DNA of 64,000 bases from the human T2T-CHM13v2.0 reference genome, Homo sapiens: the NCBI RefSeq assembly GCF_009914755.1, contig NC_060927.1, one strand, 5' to 3'. A model generated the notes under the pieces. The model was not told the origin of the DNA, ran no database searches, and saw only the letters and a list, made by a program, of their open reading frames with translations. Below, piece after piece: positions 1-12,610 of this stretch (positions within the stretch are counted from its first letter, which is position 1; every line of letters begins with the position of its first letter). A program made the position numbers and the translations under genes.

Positions 1-261
1 AGAAGACAGATGAGGCTTCTCCAGGTGCCCTTTCCTTCAGACTGAGCGGAAAGAGCTGAGAGCATGGCAGAAGCTTGGAATGCAGTCAGGGAGTTAGGTG
101 GTTTTGATCTCCTGTCCACCTTGCCAGGGCATGGACCTCTGAGCTGAGTTCACCTTGGCAGCCTTGATGAACTGCTGGTCAGCCACATTCTCTGCCTTCC
201 TCTGCCCTGCCCCATCTGGCTCCTCTCCCCACGGACTGTGGCACCAGTTTCTCTTTTCTAG
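1..261 (+). other. EEFSEC: 3' end of the preceding EEFSEC intron, with polypyrimidine tract and 3' splice site
   Basis: Pyrimidine tract tttctcttttct followed by AG (260-261) directly before the in-frame exon. Confidence 0.9.
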
Positions 262-426
262 CTCCTGACGTCCCAGATTTCCATCCCAACGAGAGACCCC
301 TCGGGACCGTTCCTCATGTCTGTGGACCACTGTTTCTCCATCAAAGGCCAAGGCACTGTGATGACAGGGACCATCCTTTCAGGCTCCATCAGCCTCGGTG
401 ACAGTGTGGAGATCCCTGCCCTCAAG
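262..426 (+). CDS. EEFSEC: Internal coding exon (exon 4 in the human gene) of selenocysteine-specific elongation factor eEFSec; 55 codons, phase 0 at both ends
   Basis: Acceptor tttctcttttctAG at 260-261 and donor AAG|GTCAGT at 426/427. The translation LLTSQISIPTRDPSGPFLMSVDHCFSIKGQGTVMTGTILSGSISLGDSVEIPALK matches human eEFSec as I recall it and carries the EF-Tu/SelB domain II motif (D-x-x-F-S-I-x-G-x-G-T-V-x-T-G). Confidence 0.97.
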
Positions 427-699
427 GTCAGTCTTACCTTGTCTTCCCTTCTGGCCTCCTCGCTGGCAGCAAGGGAGGGGGACTGTCCCTTTGTCTGTTC
501 AGCTGCTGAGCCTGCTGCTGTGCCTGCCCTGGGACTCCCACTGCCTGCTCCGCCCCACCTCCCCTCTGGCTGCCTGGCCCCGCCCGGCTCCAAGTCTGTC
601 ACCTCAGATTCTAGGACTGCTGCTCTCCCTAATTCTCATAGCGCCTGTTTATTGGAGGCCTATGATGTGCCTCAAGGAGGTGTTCCCAAGTAGGTCTTC

Positions 700-770
700 T
701 GTGTAGATAAAGAAACTGAGGCTCCAGAAGGTGAGGTGGGCTTGAGATCACATGGTTAACAAGTGGGGCT
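700..770 (-). mobile_element. MIR SINE core fragment
   Basis: gataaagaaactgaggctccagaaggtgag...atcacatggttaacaagtgg resembles the reverse MIR core GATGAGGAAACTGAGGC...GGTCACACAGCTAGTAAGTGG. Confidence 0.6.
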
Positions 771-1413
771 GCTGGAGGGGAAACCTCCCTTTCTGGACAC
801 TGGCTGTACGTCAGGGTGGCAAGTATGTGTGGAGTTATTTCTGGGTACCTTTTTCTTAACCACAGTAATTTCAAATTAAACATGACGTGAATCTTATGAT
901 GCTCAGAATCACAGAATCTGGAAGAAATCCAGGTTGGTTTTGCACTCCTGGTGGCCATCGACAGATGCCGCATTATTCTTCTGAAGACCTGTGAGAAGGA
1001 TGAGTGGTTGGTGCCTTCCCATCACCCCTCCTTCTACTATGATGGCCTGGCTCTGATTTAAAAGATAGTGCCTTGATATTCCCCTTATTTAGAAGGCATT
1101 TTTAATAGTTTTACTTTATGCGACAAGAGAAACTTACAGCCTCATTGACTGCCCTCCCCTTCAACAAGAATAAAAGGTAGGGAACACATGCTACTTAGAA
1201 TTCATGTGAGACCTTGCCTGGAATGCTGGGGTCCAGGGCAGTTCTCTAATCCTTGAAGGAGCCTACAGTGCAGGGAAGTGGAGGTGCTCAGCCCTGTGGA
1301 CTCAGCTAGCTGCTAGAGAGGCTTGGATGTGCATGATTTCAATTTGCATGTTAATTGGGAATGGCTACCTGGAGGCTGTATTGAGGCATTTTAAGGTTGT
1401 CTGGCTCACTAGG

Positions 1414-1930
1414 TGTGTTGGTTAAGGTTCTCCGGAGAAACAGAACCAATGGGAGATACAGATATCTAGGTATCTATAGATACATAGGTAAAGATACATA
1501 GATGTAAATATGTAGATATCTGTATCTCCTATTAGTTTTGTTTTGCTGGAGAACACCAACTAATGCACCTAGTATTAGATGCAGATAGATAAATAGATAT
1601 GTTTTTTAAGGAATTTGCTTATACTATTATAAAACCTGGCAAGTCCAAAATCTACAGGGTAGGCTGGCAGGATTGAGGCCTAGGGAGGAGCTGCAGCTTG
1701 AAGGCCATTTGCTGGCAGAATCCCCTCTTCTCTGAGGAGGTTAATCCTTTTGTTCTTAAGGCCTTCAACTGATTGGATGAAGCCCACCTACATTATAGGG
1801 GTCATCTGCTTTACTCAACATCCACCAATTTAAATGTTAATCTCATCTGAAAACACCTTCACAGAAACACTCAGAATAAAGTTGGAGCACTGTGGCCCAG
1901 CTAAGTTGACACATAAAATGAACCACATCA
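1414..1930 (-). mobile_element. MLT2-family (ERVL) solo LTR with internal (TAGA/TACA)n-like tract
   Basis: Ends match MLT2 termini in reverse: tgtgttggttaaggttctccggagaaacagaaccaat and aaatgttaatctcatc...aagttgacacataaaatgaacca. Contains the typical core aggccttcaactgattggatgaagcccacc. Confidence 0.85.
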
Positions 1931-3099
1931 CCCGCTGGGTGAGAGGGCCATGATAGCAGCACCTGGCCTGAGTGAGGGAAGTGGAGAGGGTCCCTACTGG
2001 CACCCATGTCTTGCGTGTGCCATCCCTCATCTAGAGCAGCATGGTTGGATATAGGGAAGGGGCATTTCATGGAGGGCAGGCATGAACAGGGTTCCCCCAA
2101 ATGAAGGCAACCTGAGGTTTCAACCCCCCAGCTCATTTTACAGCAGTGTGTCTATTACTTCCTTCTGCAGGGGCCAGGGGTATTAGGGAAGAGTCTCCTG
2201 ACCAGAAAGGACAAAACAAAAGAAAGGACTTGGCTCTGGCCAGGTTCCAGAGCTCCTTGGATCTAGTGGGAGGAGTCGAATGGCAGGGCCCCACCATATC
2301 CAAGGAGCCCTGGAACCTGGCCAGAGCTGGGTGTTAGGATGTCCCCCAGACACTGTGAGTCACAGTCCCCTCCTCTACCTGCTGTCATGTCCTCCTCTGA
2401 AGACCATTGGTCCCAGAAAAAGACCACTTGAATAAAATCTAGTTTAAGCCAGGGACTAAAAGTGCAAATCTTCAAAAATAAAGCACAAAAGTGTAAAAGT
2501 AGATTCAGTTTATATTTAACAAAATTAAGATTACTTTGGTGACTGTTTGCAGATTCTTTGCTAGAACAGAAAATGAATCAGTACTAAATTTCTTTCCAGT
2601 CTCTGTGCTTCCTAAGTCAGACCTCTGGGGGCCACTCTGACCTGGCATCCCTTCCACTCTGGGAGAAGACATGCTTGCAGCTTGGGAGAGGACCTGGGAG
2701 TATGAAAGAGGTGTCAAAAGAGGGCTCTCTGGGGGGTGGGGTAGACTTTGAATTGGGGGTACCTGAGGTTCTAGAGGGAGAAAAAGGTTTTTGATAAGAG
2801 TCAGTGGCTGCAATGTTAGGGCTGAGGGCATGGAGAAGGGCTGAGGCAGAGAAGTCAGTAGTGGTAAGGAGGCAGGGATGTTCGAGTGGGGTCCTGTTCT
2901 GAGCTTTTTGGCCACCCTCTTTGTCCTTATAAAGGTGGAACTTGCCTATCAGGATGCCAGTTACTGATCTTTAGTACTTGGGCACATGGCAGGTGCTTGG
3001 CAGATACAAATTTAATTCTCCTTTTACTTTTGTGCACCTGTTTTTCCCCAGCCTACTTTTTAACACTTTTGGTGTCTACTGCCTGATGATCTAATTTAC

Positions 3100-4121
3100 T
3101 AGTCAGGAAAAGCAGAACTTGTAAGCAATGTACTGAGACATTTGGTTAAGGAGATTTCTAAGCAAACTGTGAAAGATGCTGCCTTGTTTCTCCATTGATG
3201 CTTATAGTAAAACATGAGGGAAAAGGAATGAATTGAGGAAGGAACTGTTAGCAAACAGAAATCAGCGCTTGATGATTTGGGAGGTTCTCAGTCCCTCTAG
3301 ATTGCAAAGGATGTTAAGATTAGGAAATTCACTGCTGAGAAAGCATACCTTGGAGAGAAGGCCAAAGGTGAGCCTGGACAACCTTCTGTTGAAGAGAGGA
3401 GGTGTGTGACTCACAGATCCAAGCAACTTAGCAGCAGCCAGAAATAGAGATGGACTTCTATAGCAAAGTTATGCGGAGAGCCGTCTTGGCTAATGGCATG
3501 GACCCCTTGATGTATATAAGAGACCCTCAAGGGTTTTGAGAATGTTATACCAGCAAGAACACTGGACTGAAAGGGAGAGAGACTTGACAAATGAATAAAA
3601 AGCTGTCAGACTTCTGGGATTCTACAGACAAGAAACAGGCTGATAGAACAACTCAGCTACAAACACATGTTATCCTTCAAAAACTAAAAAAGGAAGAATG
3701 ACTCTGAGAGCAGGGCTCTGGAAACAGAAGTGAGGCTAGGGGAGTAGCCACAGAGGTCAGTCTCAGGTATTGAAACCTCATGGAATTTGCCCTGCTGTGT
3801 TTTAAACTTGCTTGGGACCAATGAACCTTGTATTTTTTCCACCGTCTCCCTTTTGGAATGTTAGAAGTAGGTAAATTGTTTTCTAGGTCCACAGATGGAG
3901 AGGCATTTTGCCCCAGGATAGACCATATCTAGAGTCTCACCCCTACCTGATTAGGTGACTTACATGATGACATTAGGAACTTTTTGAGCTGATGATAATT
4001 TAGATGAGATTTTGGACTTAGAGTTAATGGCCTAATGGACTGAGAGTTTGGGGGATGTTTGAAGAGGTGAATGTATTTTGCATGTGGGATGGATGTAAAT
4101 TTTGGGTACCAGAGGGTAGAC
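3100..4121 (+). mobile_element. MaLR (MLT1) internal sequence, 5'-truncated
   Basis: aaggagatttctaagcaaactgtgaaagatgctgcc...gcttatagtaaaa and gagattttggacttagagtt...atgtattttgcatgtggga are MaLR-int hallmarks. It ends in a purine-rich PPT-like agagggtagac just before the LTR. Confidence 0.8.
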
Positions 4122-4577
4122 TATAGTAGGTTAAATTATGGTCCCCCAAAATATGTCTACCGGAACCTCAGAATATGACCATTTTGGAATAAGGGTCTTG
4201 CAGATGTAATTAAGGTAAGGATCTTAAGAAGAAATCATCCTGGATTAGGGTGGGCCTTAGGTCCAATGACCAGTGTCCTTATAAGAGACAGACAAGGAGA
4301 AGACACGGAGAGTCACAGAGAGAAGTCCATATAAAGACTAAGGCAGAGATTGGAGCTCTGTTGTTCCAAGCCAAGGGGTGCCCATGGTTGCCGGAAGCCC
4401 CCAGAAGCCAGGAGAGAGGCATGGAGATGAGTCTGCCTCGGTGCCTCCATGGGAACCATCCCTGCTGACACGTCGATTTGGACTTCTGGCTCCAGAACTG
4501 TGAGAGAAGAAATATTTTGTTGTTTTAAGATATCAAATTTGTGGTAATTTGTTATGGCAGCCCTAAGAAACTTATGA
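4122..4577 (+). mobile_element. MLT1C-like LTR (3' LTR of the element above)
   Basis: gcagatgtaattaag...tcatcctggattagggtgggcc...gtgtccttataagag...gacttctggctccagaactgtgagagaa...tttgtggtaatttgttatggcagccctaagaaact. Confidence 0.88.
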
Positions 4578-7500
4578 ATTTTGCATGGAAAGGACTGAAA
4601 TCAGAAAAAGCCTTAAGTTCTTTCTGATCCTGTCAGGTCCCTTAACTCTGAGCTTTGGCTTCCTCGCAGGGAATCGCTGCCCCTGCTCACCATCTTGGGC
4701 TTCTGGGGGCAACATGTCAGAACCATTGCCTACTGATGGCCAGCACTGCCCGTTCCTTTCTTTCCTGGCATGCCCATCCCACAAGTGAGAGAACCTAGAC
4801 CCGGGAAACTTAAGCAACTGGACAGCAGAGCTGGGACTTGAAGTCATTCATCCAGCTCCAAAGACCCAGCCCTGGCCATGTGCCCTGCTGTCACGGGAGC
4901 CCCAGAGGAGATGCCTGGGCTGGTAGTGGTGCCTCTACTCCAGGGCAGGGCCTGCAGGCCCCATGGCAGTTCTGTGGCCATGCTGCTGTGCTTTGCTGAG
5001 GCCTTGCCTGGGCTGCGGCATGTACGAGAGCCCATTGCAGCAGAGGCTGAGGTTCAGAACTCCTGACCTCCTCTCACCCCTGCCCTCTTCCAGCCATGAT
5101 TGGTGGCCAGTGCCTATTGGGCACCGGGACATGGGGGGCCATGGCCCTCTTTCCAAACACAGTGACATCCCTGTCAGATTTCACTAATAGACTTGGACAC
5201 ATCTGACCGCTTGAACTCCCTTGGAGGCAGGGCACAGCCATTCCAAATAAACAGTCACATTCCCCTCCCAGTCTGGGCTGGCCTGCGGAGCCTGCCATAC
5301 CCTGGCCCCCGTTTCTGTTGCCCAGGTCTGTTCCCAGCTGGGGCCAATTAGCTGAGCAAGAAAATGTTGGGGAACAGGGAGTGAAGGAGAAAAAAATTCC
5401 ATTTAGTCCCTAGAACAGTTTAAAGGCCACTTATCCTAAGAATCACCAGCTTTCTGCTGAGGCATTTTGACTCTCTCGATCTTCAGCCTGAGAAATCCCT
5501 CTGATAAGATTTGATCTTCGGGGTTCAGGCTAGTGATGTTTCTGGTGATGATTGGCTATCAGGGTTGTAACATCAGAAACTGTTGAAGCCACAGACCATG
5601 GGGAAAGAGAGCAGGGGCTGGGAGTGCAGAGGGACTCAAGGCAGGCATGTACCAGCTCTGTGTCCACAGGCAAGTCAGTCAACCTCTTCGTGTTTCACTG
5701 GTTCAGCTCAAACTTGGGATGACCCCTGTGTGCTTGGCTCTGTCCAGGACCTCTGGAAGATGGGTCAGGGTGGTGTGGTGTGGACTAGGGATAATGTATA
5801 TAAGGTTCCTGGCATCTAGGAGATACAAGCTTTAGCTGATACTCTTGTCATGTTTATTGTTGCCATTTGATATTATTCTCATGTAGAATTTTTGTTGTGG
5901 GTTCCGGAAGTAGTAAGTGTCAGGGCACCTTCCTGGGTGTAAGGTCCTGTTCAGGGCTACTAAGTGAGTTATTGAAATGCAAATATGCTTTGCGGACCCC
6001 ACTATGTGGACCCCACTATGGTCCACTATGAATCCAATCAATGTTCTGATAATGATGACAAACATTATTAGATATATTTGGATACCTATTTAGTTGATAA
6101 AGCTTTTAGGGAAGAGTTCAGAATTTGATAACATAGTCCTCCCAAATCAAGTCTATATTCAGATTGATTTTCTTCTTCATTGAAAACCCCCCAGAAAGGG
6201 AAAAGAAAACCTTAAATACTGGTAGGTGTTTTTACTTTTACCTTTGCCTCTGCTCTTTGAAGCTAATCACAAGGGTGAGATAAGATTATGACATCTGGAA
6301 AGAATCCATTTTCTTGCCCAAACAAGCCTGCAGTCTTGACTCTTCCAGATCTGCCCTTCCCCCACCTCCAGCAACGCTGTGCACTCCCCTTCCCAGAGGA
6401 ATGCTGCATTGCTTCTCTCCTTGGAGCCCTTCCGGGCTTTCCCCTACCTGCAGTATGCTCACTTTCCAGCACAGCTCAGGGCTCACATCCTTTGGGTAGA
6501 GGTGTGCCCCGTCCTCTGTGCTGCCTGCTGCTTGTATTTGTCTTTGTGCCTGCATCTCCTGTGGACCCTGGTCTCCCTGGGGGCAGAAGCTGAGTCTCCT
6601 CCATCTTTGTATTCTCGGCATCCATCCTGGGCTCGGCCCAGAAAATATTTGGTGAAAGGAATAATAGGAAAAAGCCAATAAAGGAAATAAACAAGTTGTT
6701 TTTCAGTAGGATTTTGATTGGAAATAGGTAATGAGTGACCTGAGAGGGCTGTGTTTGGAGTCACTGCCACCCTGGGGCCATTTACAGAAACCCAGAGCTG
6801 GGCAGCCCCCCACTTCCTGCTGGGGCTGTGCCCCTGTCTTCAAGGCTGCATCCTGATGCTCCATCAGTAAGCAGCAGTGGAGATGCTCCCTGTGTCCCTG
6901 TGCTGCCTCATTCTGGGAGCAGTGACTGTGAATCAGGTGCCCGAGGCTGCAGAGCTGGCTTTCCAACACCTGTGGATATCGGCTCTCAAGGCTGAGCTCC
7001 CTCTGCTGCCATGTGTTTTTATCTAGAAAATATTGAGTGACCTTCATCCTGAACTATTTTCTGTTCCAGAAGATACATAAAGGAAGGCAGTTTCTGTGCA
7101 TTTGATGTTTCATGGTTGTCTGGCTTTTGGCAGTGGAAGCTTACGGGATTCTGCTCTCTGTGCCCATGTGTGGTGCACCAGATGCACAGGGTTGGAGCTC
7201 CCTGGGAAGGAGAGAAGGCAGAGAAGGAAACCAGGAAGGTTTTGGGAAAGCCAGAGGAAGCCATGCTAGGCCCTTTGAGCAGATCAGCCCACCCTTGGTT
7301 GTCGCCCTCAGGAGGGACCTCGCAGATCAGGCCCTTCCTCTGCAGCACCATGGCCACTGCTCAGGTTCAAACTCCCGGGCCCTGCAGGGCCGCTTCTGTG
7401 GCATGCTGCTCCTCCCCTTGCCTCCCAGGTCTTCTTCTTGAGTCCAGCCCAGCCCTGCTGACAGAAAAGCCTTATTGCTGTCCTGCTCATCTGTCTGTGG

Positions 7501-7627
7501 GTCCTCATTGTCTCCAGGATAAAATCTAAAGTGCATGGCACGGAAGGCAGAGCATAGCTCTTCATTATCACCTCTCCAGCCTCAGTTTCTTGTCTTAAAG
7601 CCTCATAAGACCTCCCACTGCTCTCTG

Positions 7628-8545
7628 TGTATCAGGCAGTACTCTGGTTTCAAAGGACAGAAACCCAACTTCAATTGCCTTAAGCAGGATAGGAAACAGA
7701 TAGGCTCAGGGCTGGAGACGTCTGGATGTCATCAGGAGTGCTGGCTGGCTCCAGAACTGGCTCTGCCCTGTCGTGTGTGGGCCACACACTCAGGTGGCAC
7801 CTTCCCTGGCATAATCCCCACAGCTCTGGCTTTCCATTTTCTCCTTCAAATCCAAGATGCAGTGCTACTTGTGGTTGACTCCTGAACATCACGCTATCGA
7901 AGGATCCGTCCTGGCAGTGGAACACCCCTCCCCTGGCAGCGGCTTGTTACCTGACTCTGGCCAATGATATGTGAAGGGACATCTCCTAGGGGTTTGGGGA
8001 AAAGCTTTTCTGCTTTTTGGAACTCAACAGGAAAAGACAGCTTTTCTCCTTCACTGGACATTGAAGGGAGGAAGGATGTGACGCCTGGACTCAGGGGCTG
8101 AACGGCCACCTTACTCCCAGGCTGGAGGTTTGCAGAGGCTGGGAGGCAGGAGAGTTGCCCAGAAGCAGAGCCTGCACCTGAGGGCTGCTGTGTGTCTGCC
8201 CCGCCTCAGAACTTCGTGTATTGTGAGAGCTCTGTCTCCACACGGTTCCAGTCAGGGCTATCTGTTACTTTTGGACCAAAGTATCATTTATGATATGAGA
8301 GCAAAATGGCATCTCTTTCCTAGCTGTTAGGAGCACAATTAAGGAACAGGCTGCTCCTGGCCTGGTTGGACGGGAGCTCATCCCTGTGGATGAGTACAGT
8401 GCTCTAATTGGGCTGGCTGGGTTACATGTCCACCCCTGGAGCTGGAAGGGACAAGGTGGGAGGGATGGTTCACTAAGAAATTTGGGTTACTCCTAGGAAA
8501 TGCAGAATAGACATCAGGCAGGCAAAACTGAGAGATATCCACTGG
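7628..8545. mobile_element. Degraded, apparently nested old MLT1 (I/J/K-like) LTR fragments in both orientations
   Basis: gacagaaacccaacttcaattgccttaagc (7657), ctctggccaatgatatgtgaaggga (7955) and ctaattgggctggctgggttacatgtccacccctg (8404) are MLT1-type motifs. Confidence 0.5.
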
Positions 8546-11109
8546 CTTGGTGCTTCCCAGTGTCCACACCATCACAGCTCAGGTGCTGGACACAGATGGA
8601 CTATGTTTGAGTCCTGCCCCATCACTCACGGGGCAGTTACCTCCCCTGGCTTCCTCCAGAGGTTGTCATGAGGATTTGACAAGAGCCACGTAGCGTGCTT
8701 GCAGCAGGGCTTGACGTAAGCCTCACTGTCTTTATCACCACCCCGTACAACTCTGCATCTTGTCTTTTCTTTAATGGGCCTTTTTACTTGGCCCATGGAG
8801 TGCAGAGACTTGGGGTGGGGTGGTCTGAGCTCTGCATTTCCTGCCTGCACCCAGGACCCCAAGAGCCTCTGTGAGGTCTTGCCTTTCTCCTGGCTTGAGG
8901 ATTTGAATCACACCTGCAGCCAAGTTGTAATATCCTGTTGTCTCCCTAAGGAGGCACAGCTGAGGAAGGACAGTCTCCAGGCAAAGATGGAAGGTTGACC
9001 TCACAGGAGGCAGGGAACTCAGGAAGACTTCTCTCTGCAGGTGCTGTTGTCAGAGATCAATGCTCAGTGTCCTAAAGCTCTGGCAGGTTGGAGGATGCTG
9101 CCCCTGCAGGCCTTTTTCCTGTGGAAGCTTGGAGCTTGTTCTTAACCCCCAAACCCCAAGTGAATGGCATGCCCTTTTCCATCAGGCCCCTGAGAATCTG
9201 TTGCAGCTAGACGAACTGCTACCAGCATGTGCTTCCAGAAGCGGATGACTGGCTGGAGTCCTGACCTGCAGTCAGCTGTCCAGGCAGAGGGTACAGCCAG
9301 CTTCTTGTGCTGAGAGCGGCCTGGACCTGTGACAGTGGGTCTGTCTGCGCTCCTGATAGGCCTAAGCATTTCACACAGTCTTCTGCAAGGATGGCACTGG
9401 GTGGCCCAGGCATGGTTGGAGCAGGGGAGAAATGGTGGCTTTAACCCAAGTGGTGTCTTCCTAAGGAAGGGGACAGGCAGGAGTGGTGCTGCCCCACTGC
9501 TGAGGTGGGCCCCCTTTATAGAGATGCCAGCTCAGTCTGGTCGTGCTTGGTGTGTTTCAAGCCTGGTGTAAGCATCTAGAGTCCCACTTGGGCCCAGGTT
9601 GACCTGCAGCCTCCCAACCCTTTGATGGGGCTCTAGTGCCCAAGACCACAAATCAAGCCCTGCCCCAGCCCAACCAGGCTCCTCAACTGCAGCTTCCTGC
9701 TCTTAGGCCAGGTGGATGTCTTAGGATTCAGCCTCTCCCCTGCTCACCCCAAAGCCTGAGTGCAGCCACCACTCAAGCATACCCTGCCCTTTCCAGCTGA
9801 GGGGCAGTGTTACAAAGAAGTGACAGCAGGGCTTCGAGAGCAACTGGGCTTGGGTTTGTACCTATGTGCTGGCCCTGTGAGCTCAAGTGAGTTCCCTGAG
9901 TACACTGAGCTTCAGCGTCCTTGTCTATCAGTGGGGTTGACCATGCTGCCTTCCTCCGAGTCGCAGCAAAGGGGAGGAGGAAAGGGGCAAGCTGCTCTAG
10001 AGCACGCACGCATGTGGGCGCAGTCACCACAGGAAGCCTCAGCCCCTGCACCCTCTACATGGAGCCCTGGCAGTCAGGCAGCACTCAGTGGTTGCTGGGG
10101 GAGCAGATGTGGAGGTGCCAAATGTGGCGCAGGTAGGGAGTGTGGCTGGCCTCTGGACATCCCCTGTAGAAGCCACATGTTGAGGGAGCCTAGGTCGGTG
10201 TGGGCCCTGGCCCAGGGTGGCCTTGGGACACTCCCAGGGCAGCTGTAGCACCCTACAAGTTGTCGTATGAAAACCACTCTAACTTATACGTGCTTTTGGG
10301 TGGAATTAAATGAGTTTTATTGTTTCTAGGACAAGATAGGGATTTGATTAGAAACAACATTTATGGAATGCCAGGGCTGGTTCCCATCCACTGTGCCCTG
10401 CAGGAACACAGGGTCTTGGGTCCCAGGCGTAAACGGCCAGCTGTGTGACTGGGGCAAGACACGCCCCTCTGTATGGCCAGGCCACCTTCTTAAATAAGTA
10501 AGAACAGCCTTCAGGTGGGAATGGTTCTTCCCAAGGGCCATTTGCTTTCACAATCTTGTTTACCTTCAGTGGTCAGTTAAGTTTCAAGGGGAAACTGTGA
10601 CTCAGGCCAGTGGAATTGTCAGATGCAGAAGCAAGGGGTGAGATGGATGCGGGCTTGCTGGGCTTACCGAAACTTGTATGCCTGTAGGCCTCTGGGGGTG
10701 CAGTCATTTCCTCCCTCTAGCTGTGGGCTGCGGTGCCTTTGGAATAGGATGCGCATGTCATCGAGGGGTCTAGCAGTGACCTGAGGACTGGCAGGACCTC
10801 GATACTGGGGCCCAAAGCGGTTTCCTCTCCTGGGAAATGGGTGCCCAGCCAGTGTCAGAGCCCCAGCTGGGAGTGGCCTTGGTGCAGAAAATGCTGTGTA
10901 AATGGCAATTGACAGTGCCAGGTTGTGCCCAATGCAAGCATGGGTGCTGCCTGGTCCACAAAGGAGTATCTGATCTTTGACTGTCTGAAGACCACTGCCT
11001 TTCTAGGTTGGAAGCAAGCTCTGATTCAGATGAAAGTGTGGCCATGCAGGGCTGTGTGACCTCAGCTTGCACACCCATGAAGCCAGCCCTGCCCACAACC
11101 TTTCCAGAT

Positions 11110-11580
11110 ACTGTTGATGCGTGTCATGTCGGGGACTGGAGTCCCTGACAGGTATCAGAGCCCAAGCTGGCCCTGGGGGAGCCCTCAGTGGGGCTGGGGT
11201 GGTCAGGCAGGCAGCTGTTTCTTCATATGGGGAAGGCACTGGGTGAACATGGCTTCCAGAGTGTGGTGGGGGCACTGGAAGGGCTCCAACCCTGCTTCCC
11301 AGGCAAGGCGACTGAAGCTGAGTCTCAGAGAAGGCAGAGGGCTTTGCCCAGGCATTCTGAGCAGAAGGAACAGTATGTGCTAAAGCCCAGAGGCGAGAGA
11401 GTGTCTGGCGTGACTGAGGTAAACATGGAGCTCCTTGCAGAGAGTCTGAGAAGTGGGGTGGTTCGTAGGTGGTTGTGGTCATCTCTGAAAGGGCAGTAGG
11501 GAGGATGTTTGGAAGGCCGAGTCTAGAAGATGTTCCAGCTGGAGTCGGGTCCTGTAGGCCACGCCTTGTGATGGGGAAGC
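11110..11580 (-). mobile_element. L2 LINE fragment
   Basis: Purine-rich L2-antisense signature ggcattctgagcagaaggaacagtatgtgctaaagcccagagg. Confidence 0.55.
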
Positions 11581-12049
11581 ACAGCTGCACCCTGGAATCA
11601 GGCAAGAGAGCCCCTCCAGGGGCCCACAGGGTCTCGAGGCTCCTGGGTGCCGCTGCTCCCCACTCCGCCCCCTCATGCCCTGCCAGCCTGTAAGTCCCAG
11701 GACCCTGTGCTTTCACTCCAGCTTTTCCCCAGGCCCCTTCTTGGCCCTCCTCACCCTCCTGGGCTCAGTCCCAGGATCAGCCTCCTGCACAGGGTGGGAA
11801 TAAATCCTGTAGGCAGCCTCTGCCCTTGACAGTGGAAGTCAGGGCTGCCTAGCAGGGTCTAATTCATTATTTCTCACACTCAGCTGGGGGTTAGGGCGGG
11901 TTGCTTGAGATTCTTGTTAAACATTCTTGGTCCACCCCGGGTCCCTGAATTCCAGTCAGCAGGAACCAAGGAATTAACATTTGTGACCATCAAATCATCC
12001 AAAGGGACTCCCTTTATTGGCAGTTTGAGGAAACCATGGGCCAGAGGTT

Positions 12050-12215
12050 GGACTCTGAAGTTAGACAAACCTGGCTCACGTCCTGCCCCTGATTTGTCAC
12101 ATACTGTGCAGCCTGGGTGACTTAACCTCTCTGAGCCTCAGCTTCCTTATCCGCAAAACATGGAAATGTTAATAACAGAGCCTGCTTTGTAGAGTTACTG
12201 TGGGAAGGAAAAGAA
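12050..12215 (+). mobile_element. MIR SINE
   Basis: gactctgaagttagacaaacctggctc...gtgacttaacctctctgagcctcagcttccttatc. Confidence 0.75.
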
Positions 12216-12244
12216 AATAATGATTTTACATCAGTGTCCAACAT

Positions 12245-12610
12245 ATTCATTCAGCGCATAGTCTTGAGCACCTACTATGAGCCAGATGCTAGGCTAGGTC
12301 ATAGGAGTAGAGGGTGAGTAAGGCAGGTCCCATTTCTGTTCTTACAGTTCACCTTCTACCAGTAGGGGTATGAGTTGGTAAATCACCTTATTTACCTTAC
12401 AGTGAGGCGATTGAGAATGGGAGGGGTTCTGTAGGCCAAGAGAGCTCTCTTGGAGGTGGAGATATGAATATCTTGAGCAATGAAGGGGTACAGCCATTCA
12501 GAGGCCTGGGAGAAGAGTGTGGGCATGCTGGGCACATTCTGCCACCAGGAGGGAAGGGGAGACGCTGTGGGACAGGCAGGAGGTCAGCAGGGCTGGAGGC
12601 CAGGGCATGC
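12245..12610 (-). mobile_element. L2 LINE 3' end fragment
   Basis: attcattcagc...ttgagcacctactatgagccagatgctaggctagg is the reverse of the L2 3' terminus. Confidence 0.65.

Noticed and set aside
316-693. 125-aa ORF as a complete gene
   Set aside because: Only 316-426 is exonic eEFSec. The ATG is an internal Met, and the frame runs through the GT donor into low-complexity intron sequence.
5994-6030. Short repeats as a CRISPR-like or functional array (also 27715-27777 and 61575-61610)
   Set aside because: Two or three adjacent decaying copies without regular unique spacers, in eukaryotic DNA; ordinary slippage products.
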